DNA of 64,000 bases, taken from positions 10,540,001-10,604,000 of the forward strand of contig CP158635.1 of assembly GCA_050273025.1 (NCBI GenBank), read 5' to 3'. The notes beneath the pieces were generated by a model. The model was not told the origin of the DNA, searched no databases, and was given only the letters and a program-made list of their open reading frames with translations. How positions within the stretch are numbered: the stretch's first letter is position 1; each line of letters opens with the position of its first letter. Origin of the DNA: Cenococcum geophilum (lineage: Eukaryota). Made by a program: the position numbers and the translations under genes. Shown here one piece after another: positions 1-12,604 of the stretch.

Positions 1-503
1 CCCTTTAATTAGTTAGGTTAAAGAAATACTAAAGTTTATATAACCTACTGCTGAAGTTATTACTTAAAATATTACTTACCCTACAAACATATATATAACT
101 ATTTAAATTTAATAAGATATAAATTACCCTTACTATAAACCCTAAACTAATATAATAAAGCTATAACTGCTAATCGCGGTAAAGAACGCGAAGATATTAC
201 GCTAAAACCTCTTAAAATTCGCGCGATATAAGCTATACCTTTTATTTTATTAGCAAGAAAATAAAACTTATAAAATCTTTACTATAATAATAGAAGATAT
301 TAAGAAAGCACTAAAACCAAAGTAGTATATTAACCCTTAACCTCTTATATCTAAAGAGTACCACAATCTAATTAATAAGTTTAAAAAACAATTTATAAAC
401 TAACTACCCCCGCACTAAGATAAGCACAATTTTAAGATAGAACTTAAGCCTAGTATAACACTAAAGTTCGGTCCGCTATACGGTATATTATAAGAAAAAC
501 TGC

Positions 504-2667
504 AGCCACAGCCTTTACCACACATGCAACCTTACCAAAAGGTAGCGCCACACTCTAAAACTTACGCATACCCATCTTACCATCAAAAACAATCGATTTT
601 CTAACTTTCAAGACCTAATTCCTACTGCCTAGCGAGCTAGAGGTGGATTTATTTATCGTTTTACCCCCTTTTCCCAACAGAAAAATTTCTCTAAGGGTGG
701 CCCTAGCTTATAAGCGAGGCACGGACAGGAACACCAAAACTACTACCACTACCACTAATACCAAAACTACAAAATAGGGGCTAGTTTCTCTACTACCTCT
801 TAGCCTAATCTCCCCAGAAATCTTCTAGTAGGATTAGTAAGGAGAAAGGGTATAAGGATAGTAGGAAACCCCCCTATAAAATGCCGAAGCCAAAGCCTGG
901 TAGGCCAAAAAAAAAACCTCCTTTAGAAATAAGTGATCATCAGTCTGATATATTCACCTTTTCTCTCCCCTCTTCTTCTTCTTCTAGCCTATTTAGGGCA
1001 GGAGAAAAAAGAGGACATCCTCAGTCTTCTCCTGAAAATGAAAACCAAAACCAAAACCAAAAACCTGCAAAAAAGATAACAAAATCGACGACTACTATGG
1101 ATAGTATGCCTAGCATACCTTTCCCTCCCCTTTCTCCAAAACAACACCTACAAAAAGCTCTAGAAAGCCTAACTCAGGCCTATAAAGGGCTAGAAGAAGA
1201 AGAAAAAGAAGAAAAAGAACAAGTTAAACAGCTAGAAGACTATACACGGAGTATCCTAGCAGGAGAAACCCCCTTTATACAAGGAAAAGAAAAGGCAAAA
1301 GATGTCCTACAAGGACTAGTAGAAGAAGTAAGAGCTCTCCGTAAGGAGGTAGCTCCTACGAAAGAAACTTACGTAGAGAGGCTAAAGAAAGGCCTCACTT
1401 CTTCGTCCTCCCCACCCTCCTCCTTATTATCATTACCACCACCACCTTCTACCCCTTCTAGTAGGAGTTTTACTTCTACTAGAAGTAGGAAAAAGCAGCT
1501 ATAAGAAAGAAAGCTAGTCCTAATTATAGACGAAAAGGACCAACCTTTAGATACCTTCTTTATACGGAATAAAGTCAACCAACTATTTGCATTAAAACTG
1601 CAAGTAAAAAAGCCAGTACTAGCGTCTATAGCTAGAACTAAAGGAAAACAAAATATTCTCCTTATGACTACGGAAGAGTATAATGCGGATTTCCTAGTTA
1701 AATATAAGGAAATCTGGCATAACTGCTTTACCTTTTAAAGAGAACAAAAACTGGAACCATGGGTTCAAATTATAGCCCATGGGGTTCCTACCCTACCTTT
1801 CCTAGGAGAAGGAGGCTCTAAGCTTCTAAAAGAAGAAATTGAGACCTTTAATCCTATAAGGATACAAGGACTACCTAAATGGATCTTATCTAGTGTAAAA
1901 AGACACGATCCACAGACCAGATTTAGCTCTATAGTTTTTACTATAGAGAGCGAAGAAAAAAGACAAGAAATCCTTAAGCAAAAAGAGATATCAATTGCAG
2001 GTACAGCTACTAAGGTAGTAAAATACCTCGAAGTCTCTCCTACTACGCAGTGTACGAGCTGCCAAAAATTTGGCCATATAGGAGACAGGTGCTCTACTAG
2101 GGCCTGCAGATACTGTGCGGCTGCACATTTATCTAAAGACCATTCCTGTTCTACCTGTATAACAACAGGCAAGCCTTGCTAGCATACCACCCCTCTTTGC
2201 ATTAATTGTAAAGAAAAACACTTTGCTAATAGTAAAGACTGCGAGACTCTTAAAGCTGCTAAACTAGTACGCGAAGAAGATTCTATGGAAGAATAAAAAC
2301 AGATAGGATTCTAGAAGGAGGCAACTCCTACTAGGCTCTTAAAAAGATATTAGAGAGCAAAAGGACAGAAATAAATTGCAAAAGGACAGGGACAGGGGTT
2401 AGGATTTCTTATAGTTTTTCTTACCATTTTCTCATTCCCTAGTAGTTGTAGTATCTTAGTATTTTACTAGGAAACTATAAACTCCTAATTTAGGAGTTTA
2501 TAAACTACTAATTTAGGAGTTTATAAACTACTAGGACATAGCTACTAGTACATATTAAGCTGCCTAGAAAGGATTTATGTATATAGAACTATAGCGCCAT
2601 AGCCTAAGGCTGCATGCGCAGTATTGTACGTAGTATAATACAATGGATAAAAAAAAAAAAAAAAAAA
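504..2667 (+). mobile_element. Non-autonomous LINE derivative carrying only a gag-like ORF1, with a poly(A) tail
   Basis: TSD AAGAAAAACTGC at 492-503 and 2668-2679. Poly(A) run at 2649-2669. The host pol resumes after the TSD. No ORF2/RT inside. Confidence 0.9.
881..2296 (+). pseudogene. LINE ORF1 (gag-like nucleic-acid-binding protein, ~471 codons) with three premature stops
   Basis: One frame from ATG 881 to TAA 2294-2296, interrupted only by TAA 1502, TAA 1736 and TAG 2180 (all RIP-compatible). C-terminal Cys/His knuckles: CTSCQKFGHIGDRC, CRYCAAAH and CINCKEKHFANSKDC. Confidence 0.85.
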
Positions 2668-4156
2668 AAGAAAAACTGCTTATAATGCGATAATACCTTA
2701 ATAAGCATCTAGAAAAAGGATTTATTTGCCCTAGTTAATCTCTATTTACCTTACTAGTACTATTTATTAAAAAGCTAGAAGGAGGCTTAAGATTCTATAT
2801 TAATTATTAAGTCTTAAACGCAATTACAATTTAAAACTAATATCCAATCCGCCTACTTTAAGAGACGCTTAACCGCCTAGTTGTTACAGCACTAACCTAA
2901 CGCATACTGTTTCATACTATCTCGTACTATTTCCTACTGTTAGCTAGCCCACCACTAGTGCCTCAGCGGCCGGCACTACTACTTATATATAATACCCCCT
3001 TTCCACCTTCTTCTCCTCTTTATACTACAACGTAGTTATTTAGTCTACTTTATTACAGCACTATAACAGTTTGTGGTATCTTTAATTTACGCCCTATTAC
3101 GATTACTAATTCCCTATACCCTAGCTAATTAACCTCCGCCCTAAAGCAATCGCGACTTATACGCGCCTCTGCTAAAACTAATACGTCCCTAGCATAGTTT
3201 TAGAACAATCCTTAGTTTTTACCTAACGCCTAAATAGGCGATATTAATAACGCCGAAATGGCCAAAACCTAAAACCCCTGCAATATTTTCATAGACCTCT
3301 TTATATAAATATACCCTAAGACCTTTAAGCCTAGCAAAGCTTACTTTACCCTTATTAACTATACCAACGAGTTTCTTAACAATATTAAAGTAGGACTATA
3401 GTATATATATAACATAAACACCACCAACAAAAAAGCTAATAAAAACCTTAGTGCCCTTATTGCTTTTTAAATAGGAACTATTAACTCCTAGGTAGAGACT
3501 ATCGCCATCCTAAAATAATTAACCCCTATAATAATAGTAGTAACTTAGCAAAAAAAATAAAGGTCTAAAGACCCGCCAATATTTAGTGAAAAAGGTACCC
3601 CGCTAGAATAATAAGCTAATTTTAAGACCTAGCATATTAAGATTAAGGGAGTCTTTAACCGCGACTAGGACTACTTTAATATAGTTTAGTCCTAGATCCT
3701 TTATATCTTAGATATACTAAAGAATAAGGCCTATAAGTTTATTAAGTAGGGCTTAGAGCTTATATATAAGAACCTAAATAAAATATCTGCGTAGAAATAG
3801 CCCACTAAGGAAAATATACTTAAAAACCTTACTACCTACTATAAGGTCCTTAATATAACCTAGGTTGTAAAGAATAAGCTTAATTATTTCCCCTAGGGCA
3901 AGCGTAATTATTGGTCCTAAAAGGGAGAGCTTAATAAGCTAATAGTCAGCGCTAAGAAGATAGATAAATAGAAGGTAGACCTACTTCGGAAGTTTATTTC
4001 TCTAAAGATAAAAGAGCTAGTACTTAGACTTGCCTATAAAATTAATAATAGTAACTATATAGGTTAGAGTAAGTAAATAGATATATTTGCTAAGAACCTT
4101 ATAAACTATACACATTAAGCCAACCTTAAGAAGAACGCTAACCACCGCCTACCTAC

Positions 4157-7100
4157 TATTACGGCACTGGCAGAACTTAGCAGAACTTAGTTGCAGAACT
4201 GGCAAAACTTCGCGGTTATATAACTAGAGGACCGCATAAAAAAACCCTACTTTAACCAGCGCTACTCTTCTTCTCCTTTTCTTTCTCTAGCTTTAGATCC
4301 TCGTTTATAGACAATCCAATTATACAGGCTTGCGCGACCCTTTTACCATACTTATGCCTCGATTAACTAAGTCGCTAACATTATCTAAAGCTCGTCTACT
4401 CTTCTTCCTAAGAAGAAACTTAAAAAATATCTACGGACTATAAATAAGAATAGAACACAGAAGCAGACCTAAAGACTATTACTAGAACTTAAAGAACAAA
4501 ACAGAACCAGAAGAATAGAAAAGAATAACAAGATCTACAGAATATATATAGACTAGAACCCCTATAGAATCCTACTAAAAGTTACCCTAACAACCGTATC
4601 ACTATGCTAAGAACTACAGTGGCCGGCAAAGCAGCCACAGGACCCTTAAATACCTCTAATAGTAAAACAGCAACTAACTCGAACTCCCAAGTGGAGCTTA
4701 CAGCAGCTAATACCAAAATTAAATAACTTTAAGAGCTGCTTAAAGCTAAAGAACCCCTTATACCTAGCGAAGAGTTATTAGATACCTAGAGACTTACTAC
4801 GGTCCTTAAGGCCCTAGCCTAATATACAGTATTAGCATTATTACGGTCCGCAAAGGTTGCGGACCCCCTATTACTTATAGACGGAACTAACCCTATATTT
4901 AATAATTGGAAGCTTTAATTACAGGATAAGCTCAAAGTTAATACGGACCACTTCCCTACTATTTAAGCTAAAATAGCCTACGTCTTCGGCCGTACCGGCG
5001 GGGACGTATAGATGCACCTACGTCCTTAATACACACAGGACTTAGCAAATCCCTTCCTCTCTAGAGAAGAGATAATTGTATACCTGTCTTCTATTTATAA
5101 GGACCCCTCCAAAGTATAGAACGCCCAACTTAATTATAAAAGCCTAAACATAAAAACGACGGAGACCTTCTTAGCCTTTTAGACCCGCTTTCTACACCTA
5201 GCCGGCCAGGCTCGAATTCCCCAGAAAGATTTAATGCCAGACCTATTTAACAAGCTTACCCTAAACTTGCAGCGAGCCGTACTACTAGTTTTTACTACTG
5301 TATAGACGCTAAAGGAACTTACGGACTAGTGCTTAGCTATTGACCAAGGCCTCCGCCGAATTAAGGCACGCGCTAAATAGTATAAAGCTAGAAACCCTTT
5401 AAATCAGACTATAAGCAATATAAGAACGGCCCGCAATGCCCTAGCACGATTAGTAACCCCTATAGCACCACCTATATAGCCCGCCGCTAATTTAGCAGCT
5501 AGCTATACGGCTAGCCCTACCATAAGTCTAGCAAATGCTTGGCCTACGTATAGCAACCCCCGTATATAGGCCCTTAGTAATTAAGGAGCTTGCTTCTCTT
5601 ACGGCTAAAAAGGTTACTATATAAAGGATTACCTAACAGGCGTAAAAGCGGACGAGGTTCTGTTAATCCAGGAGGATAGCGCGGAATTAGAAAAAGAGGA
5701 ACCCTAGAGGAAGACTTCTCTCTAGGGTCAAAAGGGATCGATATATTAGATGTTAATCTGGGTTAGCTAGTTAGTAAAAGAAGCTGCACTATCCCTTATA
5801 CTTTATTCCGCAATAAATACTAAGTTTTAACCTCTGCTTTAGCTAACTCTAAAGTAAATACTTTTGCCTTAATAGATACCCAGTATACCGTAAAGCTGGC
5901 TGACTTTCTAAATATACCTATTAAAGAACTACTCAAACTAATTCCTATCCGTGGGTATAATAGGCGGATAGGGCCACCCATTATAACTATCTTGCGGATT
6001 TACCTCCGTATTAATAGACAAAGGTAATATAATATCCCCTTTCTTATTATAGACCTAGGTAGCTATAATATAATCTTAAGGCGAAAATAGCTAGCCTATT
6101 TAGGCTTATAGCTTAATATATAGAGTAAATGGCTTATCTGGCCCAAAACTCTACCCCTAACCCCTTCCTTTATAAAAGAAATTAGTATTATAATAGAAAA
6201 CCTTATACGGCCCCAGATTAATACTATTTACTAGGCTGATACTATACGTAGGGACTAGGCCTTTGAGAAAGATATATAGCTTAATTCGCAACAGATCTAT
6301 ATACTATATCACCCCCAGACTACCTATATTACGCCACCCGCATTAAAGACCTAGGAAGTTAATAGTAACCTAAAAAAGCCCCCTATAGAGAGCTTAGGCC
6401 CTATATAGCTATAAAGAACAGTAAGGGACGTTAAATGTTATACTAAACTAATAGATCGGAGGGACAGTTTGCGGAAAATGGAACAGAAGCTAAGAAAGAT
6501 TATAAACCCTAAACCGCAAAATACGGTCCAGAAAACAGCTATAAGAAAACTAGCGGACCTCCCACTAATTAATATCTGCTATATTAATGCCGTAGGATTC
6601 TACCGGAACTTAGTTCAGCCTAATACCATCGCCTTTACGACGAGCTTATATAAAGTTAATTAAATAATTAAGGAAAAGGGAAGCGAGCTTAGCGGATAAG
6701 AAAGCGAGCTTATAAATAAGGAACTAGTAGAACAAAAGCTGCCCTATTAACACCAGAAATTTAAGGATATATTTTCTAAAACAGCGTCTAATATACTTCT
6801 ACCTCACTAACCGTATAACTATAAGATTAAGATTAAGCAGGGCAAGGAAAACACCCTTAGCTTTAGCCCCCTCTACAAGCAGTTTATTACCAAATTATAG
6901 GCTATAAAGTAGTATCTCATTAATAACCTAAATAAGGGCTTTATTAAGCCTAGCTAAGCCCCTTTTACCTTGCCTATTCTCTTTATTAAAAAGCCAAATA
7001 GAGGACTCCGCTTCTATATTAACTACTATAAACTAAATAATATAACCCGCAAGGACCGCTATCCGCTACCCCTACTTAATAAGACTCTAGCCTAAATAAG

Positions 7101-10052
7101 TAGAGCTAAGGTCTTTATAAAGCTTAATATCCGCCAGGCCTTCTACTAAATTAGAATAGACCCCGGGTTTAAAGATCTTATTATATTTTAGACCTGTTAC
7201 GGAACGTATAAATATAAGGTACTCCCTTTTAGACTAACTAACGGACTAGCTACGTACCAGCGGTATATAAATAATATACTCTTTAACTACCTTAATAACT
7301 TCTATACGGCCTATTTAGATAATATTATAATCTACTCTAAGAACAAGCTAGAATACAAGGAGCACGTCTATAAAGTCCTACAACGGCTCCATAAGGCTGG
7401 CCTCTAGGTTAACATTAAGAAGTTAGAGTTTAGTGTTAAGCGTACAAAGTACCTAGGTTTTATTATTAGTACGGACGGAATTAAAACCGACCTAGAGAAA
7501 ACGACCGCAATTAACTAGTAGGCACCCCTATGGACCGTAAAGGGGGTATAATTATTTTTAGGTTTTTGTAACTTCTACTAACGCTTTATTAAGAACTACA
7601 GCAGGATCACCTAGCCTCTTAACCGTCTTACTAGAAAAGACCAGCCCTTCTACTTTAACGCTATATATAGGCAGGCCTTTAATAAGCTTAAGAAACGGCT
7701 AGTATCGGCTCCCCTACTTGCCCATTTTGACCTAAAACGGCCCTTAATACTAGAAACTAATGCCTTAGACGGCGTAATAGCTAGTGTTTTTTCCTAGAAG
7801 CAATCGGATGGAGAGTAGCACCCTATTATATACTATTCGAAGACTATAATAGATGCTAAGCTAAACTACCACATCCATAATAAAGAAATGCTGGCTATTA
7901 TCTCTAGCTTTTAGCACTGGCGTATATAGCTAGAGGGGACCCCTAAGCCGATTAAGGTAGTTTTAAATCATAAGGCCCTAGAATACTTTATAATAACCAA
8001 GGCCCTTACGGCCTAATAGGCACGCTAGGCAGATACCCTATCTTAATTTAACTTCTTAATTATATATAAACTAGGCGCTATAAACTGTGTGGACGCTCTT
8101 ATAAGGCGCAAGTAAGACCTAGATAACCAGATAGCTACAAAGATCTCATTACAGATTTAGACGCTACTATAACTAAAATACCTTAACCCCCAAATACGGG
8201 CAGAACTAAGCACAAACTCCTTAGGCGCCAAGATATATCCTATTAACTCCTCTAAACTTAACCTTATTAATAAACTACTACAGGCTAACCAAACGACCCC
8301 CTCTTTATAGGAGTACCGTAAAAAGGCAAAGAATATTGCCAGCCTATAGTCCCTCAAAAACGGACTACTTAAGCACCAGGAACGGCTAGTAGTAGCTAAG
8401 GAATAGAACTTACGGACCCGGCTTATTACCAAAGCTTATACCTAGGTCTCTACGGCCTAGCCTAAAAAAAATAAAACCCGTAAGATTATTAGCGACCGCT
8501 ATTACTGGCCCGGAATAGTTATAGATATTAACCGCTATATACGGAACTGTAATAACTGCTATAGATCTATAATTCCACAAAATAAGACCCTAGGACTATT
8601 AAAACTACTCCTAATACCAGAACGCCCCTAGCAGCATATCTCTATAGATTTTTATAAACTACCTACGGACCGTAACGGATATAATATAGTTATAATCCTA
8701 GTTAACCACTTTAGTAAGCGCCTATTCTTAATCCCCTATTATAAGAATATCGATACTAAAGAGGCGGCCCAACTATATATCCACTACGTCTACCAAATTT
8801 ACGGACTACCAAATACTATTATATCCGATTATAGGCCGCAATTTATTTCGGCTTTCTAAAATAAGTTTACCTAGATCTTAGGCATTAAGCTAAAGCTTTC
8901 TATAGTATACCACCCCCAGATAAATAGTTGGACGGAAATTATAAATTAATACTTAAACTAGAGACTTCGGCCCTTTGTTAACTACTTCTAAGATAACTAG
9001 GCCAAACTGCTACCCCTAATAGACTACGCCCAAGCGACCCTACCTTACGATTCCACAGGATTTGCCCCTATTTAGCTAGAAATAGGCTACTTACCCTATA
9101 TAAGCTTTAACTAAGAAAGACTAGAAGGACCCCAGACTGTACACAAAAAACTATCTTATAAGGAAGCCCAGCAGTACGCCAAGCGCTTAGAAGAAGCCTA
9201 AACAGTAGCCCATATAAATCTAGAAAAGGCTTAAAAATTAATACAATAGTAGGTAAATAAGTATAGGCGAGAGCCTGACTTTACTATAGGAGATATAGTC
9301 TAGGTTATAATAAAGAACTAGAAGACGGAACGACCTAGCTATAAGCTAGACTATTAGATGGCAGGACTATATAAGATTTTTAAGAAAATAGGCAACGCGT
9401 ATAAAGTAAAGCTCCCAAATTTAATTAAAGTTTACCCTATTTTCTCTCTAGATAAACTATAAAAAGCCGTAAACAACCTATTACCTAGACAAAAGAATAA
9501 ACCTCCCCTGCCGATTTAAGTTAATAGCGATAATAAATGGGAAATTAAAGAAATACTAGCCTACAAGCTTATAAGGGGGACGTTAAAATATTATATTAGT
9601 TAAAAAGGCTATGACCTAAATCCTACCTAGTACCCTACATGGAACTTTATTAGCAGTCCCTATAAGCTTTAAAATAAACCAAGACCCCTAAAGTACCTAG
9701 ACAAGTAAATAGAGTGCTAGCATAGCAAAGACGATAAGCTACCGGAAGAACATAAAGATAAAAACGCCCTATAAGCATAATATAGACTACAAAGCCTAAG
9801 GACAGGCTTTTGCGAAGGGGGGGGGTAATGTTACGGCACTGGCAGAACTTGGTAGAACTTAGTTACAGAACTAGTAGAACTTCGCGGTCACGTAACTAGA
9901 GGACCGTATAAAAGAACCCTACTTTAACCAGCGCTGCTCTTCTTCTCCTTTTCTTTCTTTAGCTTTAGATCCTCGTTTATAGACAATCCAATTATATAGG
10001 CTTGCGCGACCCTTTTGCCGTACTTATACCTCGATTGACTAAGTCGCTAATA
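4157..10052 (+). mobile_element. Ty3/Gypsy chromovirus C, full length (5.9 kb), inserted in the gag of B
   Basis: 224-bp LTRs 4157-4380 and 9829-10052. TSD CCTAC. G-run PPT at 9817-9825. RT with YLD(D) at ~7312, RNaseH, integrase, and chromodomain at ~9535-9660. Confidence 0.95.
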
Positions 10053-12604
10053 CCTACTTAAGCCCCTACCCCTATATTAACCCTAACCCTAGTAGTAACT
10101 AAAGAACCTATAAACCTTAATATAATCTTAAACACAGAGTATAAGCGCCGTGTTAATAATAGATTATACCTTACCTATAGCCTACCTAGCTACTAAAAGG
10201 ACGCCTATAACCCTATTAAGACAGTAAACCTAGTCCTAATGCTACCCTATTAAATAATACGAACTAATAACCGCGGACGCGGTAACCGTAGAGTTTATTA
10301 TAAACGCGGCGACCGCGGAGCCTATTATAGCCGCGGCGGATAACCCCCCCTTTAACCCTATAGCTTAGTTACTCTAAATAATGCCCTATATAGGAGCCTA
10401 ACCCATTAATAATGCCTAGTATTAGCGACTCCGCGCTAGCAAATACGAATATAGCCATATTATTAGCAAGGTATTATCTTTCTATACCCCAACTAAGACT
10501 AAAACTAATACCGCTAGCTAGATAGACACTAGGCTACCCTACTAAAATAGCCCCATACCCTAGTTATTAAAAGGTAAACCCTTAAACTAAGTTATATTTA
10601 AGGGTCTAAACTATATAAGGAGGAAGATAAGAAGATTAGGTCCCTATTACTAGATTAATTAGTCCTTTTTATTAGTAAACTACCACTTAATTTTAGATTA
10701 GCAAATAGTAATAAAAAATTAATCCTTATTTAAACCCAACTCTCCTTATTACGTAACATATACCCCTAAGTTTATATTAATATAGTAAGCCTAGTAAACT
10801 CCAGTAGTACTATAATAGCATTTACTAATATAGAGTCTATTATAAAAAAGTATAATATTATAATTAAGAAGCTACTAGTACCTAGGCTGCTATACCTTAT
10901 AGATAGTATTCTAACTTCGCTTATTACGGACTACTTTACTACCTAAATATTAATTAGCCTCTATACTAAAGCTATACTCTTTTTTATTACTAAACTCTCG
11001 CCTACTACCCTAATTATCCTAGGTATACCTTAGCTTTAAAAGTATAAGCCCCGCCCTAGCTTTAGGAAGCTTAAAATCCGCTTTAACTTAGACTACTACT
11101 CTAGGTACTACCTCTTATAGAGGATAACCAACGGTAGCAGGGACGCCCTATGTAAATACTTAGCACTACTAAGCCTAGTGCCTAAGACTATATATAAAGC
11201 CCTAATAGTAGAAGACGTTCCTAATAAAGGGGAGCCTATATAGCTGTAAAGCAACGAGATAGTAGAAGACTGGACTACCCTAGCACTTAAGACTAAAACA
11301 ATAGGCTAGCCAGCCCTACTAAGACTAAGAAAAAAGGTCCACTTCGCGCCGCTACTATTAAGAATCTAACCCTAACCTAGATACTATTTGAACCCTAGCT
11401 ACCTAGCCTAATACCCAGAACTAAGCTATATACTATATACGCATACTATAGCTTATGTTATAGTAAGGACTAGCTATAAAACTACTAAGACTTAGATAAT
11501 AAAAACCGCACTACTATAACGCCTAACCTTATACCTATCTCCTACGCGTACCGTATAGGGCCGCTATCTTATTTCCGCCCCCCTAGGCTAACTAAGCCGT
11601 ACTAGCCTAGCTATAGCACTAGAGAACTAGATACGCCCTAACTTAAACAATATTAGATATACTTATACCATTAATTTTACCTAGTTCTATAAATAAAAAG
11701 ACGTAATAGTAATAAGGATCTATATAGCGGAGTTAGTAAAACTAGTTAAATAAGAAAAGTATTAACAGCTACTTAAGGAGCTGCCTATAGGCCTAATAGA
11801 AGTACCAAACCTATTAAAAAGGTCTTTCCGCTAGCTAGTAGAAGGCAACTATATAATAGAGGAAGCCTATAAAGTACTACCCCCCTATTTCTATAACTTT
11901 CTTAAAATAAATCTAAAAACTAAGCCTAAGCTTCTACGCTAGAAGATAGTTAATACCAATGTTAAAAAATTCCTAAAAGGTAAACTAGGATTAACCCACG
12001 AAGATATTCTATAACGCCTACTAAAGGAGTTTTATAAATATATTAAGCACTTTCTCCCTAAGAACGTAGATAAGCTACCCCCTTACCAACTATAGGACTA
12101 TAAAATTAAGATTATCCCTAGAAACTAGGCCCTATACTATAAAAATAGACTACTCTTATCTACTAAACTTAGGTGTGTAAAGAAATAGATTAATAAGATG
12201 CTAGATAAGGGTTTTATCCGCAAATTAACCTTACTAGCTGCCGTATTACTCCTCCTCACTATTAAGCCTAGTGGCGGTATATAAATCTACTATAACTACT
12301 AAGGCCTAAATATAGTTACTATTAAGAATTAGTACCTATTACCACTAATTTATAAAATACTTAACGCACTTTATAGTGCTAAGTACTTTACTAAACTTAA
12401 TATAATTGCTGTATTTAACCAGATCTGGATTATAAAGGGCTATAAATAGCTTATAGTATTTATTACCCAGTTCAGACTCTATAAGATACTAGTTATACTA
12501 TTTAGCCTTTATAATGCACCCGCTATATTTTATATAACGCCCTTAATAACTACTATACTACCTACCTTAATAATGTCCTTGTCTTTTCTAAAACACGCGC
12601 TAAG

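Noticed and set aside
504..700. Ribozyme, tRNA- or 5S-derived head on the ORF1-only element (also checked for LINE F)
   Set aside because: No HDV or hammerhead pairing and no Pol III box pattern could be identified by eye.
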